Positions 63,811-64,000 of a stretch of DNA of 64,000 bases are shown one piece after another (position 1 is the stretch's first letter; every line of letters begins with the position of its first letter). A program made the position numbers and the translations under genes. The DNA comes from Schmidtea nova (taxonomy: Eukaryota). The notes beneath the pieces are model-generated. The model made no database searches. It saw nothing but the letters and a program-made list of their open reading frames with translations, and was not told the origin of the DNA. The DNA is taken from contig CM097883.1 in assembly GCA_044892505.1 (NCBI GenBank), positions 310,868,001-310,932,000 of the forward strand, written 5' to 3'.

Positions 63811-63913
63811 TCTGAACAAACTGGTTTTTGGATGATATGTTTTCTGAACAATCTGGTTTTTGGATGATATGTTTTCTGGACAAACTGTTTTGATATGTTT
63901 TCTGCTCAAACTG
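63811..63913. repeat. 32-bp tandem repeat, two near-perfect copies plus degenerate copies
   Basis: TCTGAACAAACTGGTTTTTGGATGATATGTTT at 63811 and 63843, decayed copies at 63875 and 63901. Confidence 0.85.
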
Positions 63914-63934
63914 ATTAAGATTCTATTGGATCTG

Positions 63935-64000
<66 letters not shown>
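63935..64000. repeat. (ATA)n microsatellite, at least 22 units, continues past the window end
   Basis: Directly visible. Confidence 0.98.

Larger units (their letters stand above)
61709..64000. mobile_element. Unrelated sequence interrupting the array; probable terminus (TIR region and first gene) of a Polinton/Maverick-like element
   Basis: Base-sharp junction ...TTATATTT|AGTAGGCAGAC. 5'-AG(T) ends are a Polinton hallmark. ~1.3 kb non-coding repeat-rich terminal region, then a compact intronless ORF. No polB, integrase or capsid gene is in view. Confidence 0.5.

Noticed and set aside
63811-63913. Possible coding repeat on the minus strand
   Set aside because: Period of 32 bp is not a multiple of 3 and the frames are short or lack a start

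Overview
AT-rich eukaryotic-type DNA with two parts. (1) 1-61708 is a head-to-tail array of a ~1.6-kb unit (1573 bp plus a variable (AT)12-31 tract): 38 complete gene copies plus one partial copy, all on the + strand and nearly identical. Each unit carries one intronless gene for a small RING-finger protein with an acidic low-complexity tail. The RING spacing is C-x2-C-x13-C-x-H-x2-C-x2-C-x10-C-x2-D, the C3HC3D type, with a CPLDR end like PHRF1/SCAF11 RINGs. Two alleles are interspersed: 15 full-length copies (161 aa from the ATG) and 23 copies with TCA>TAA at codon 109 (108 aa, RING intact, most of the tail lost). Linked SNPs, recombinant copies and locally clustered variants record ongoing unequal exchange and gene conversion. 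One spacer has a 335-bp insertion inside the (AT)n tract, built as a direct repeat plus a perfect ~99-bp-arm hairpin. (2) At 61709 the array is cut mid-unit by unrelated sequence beginning AGTAG, consistent with but not proving a Polinton/Maverick terminus. It contains degenerate 120-133-bp repeats, a 44 x 13-bp in-phase array with 33 exact AP-1 (TGACTCA) sites and a 65-bp higher-order period, a 147-aa minus-strand ORF with TATA/CCAAT and poly(A) signals, short tandem repeats and an (ATA)n tract running off the window. No rRNA, tRNA or CRISPR features were seen. The host organism cannot be determined from sequence alone, and all homology statements are from recalled motifs, not searches.
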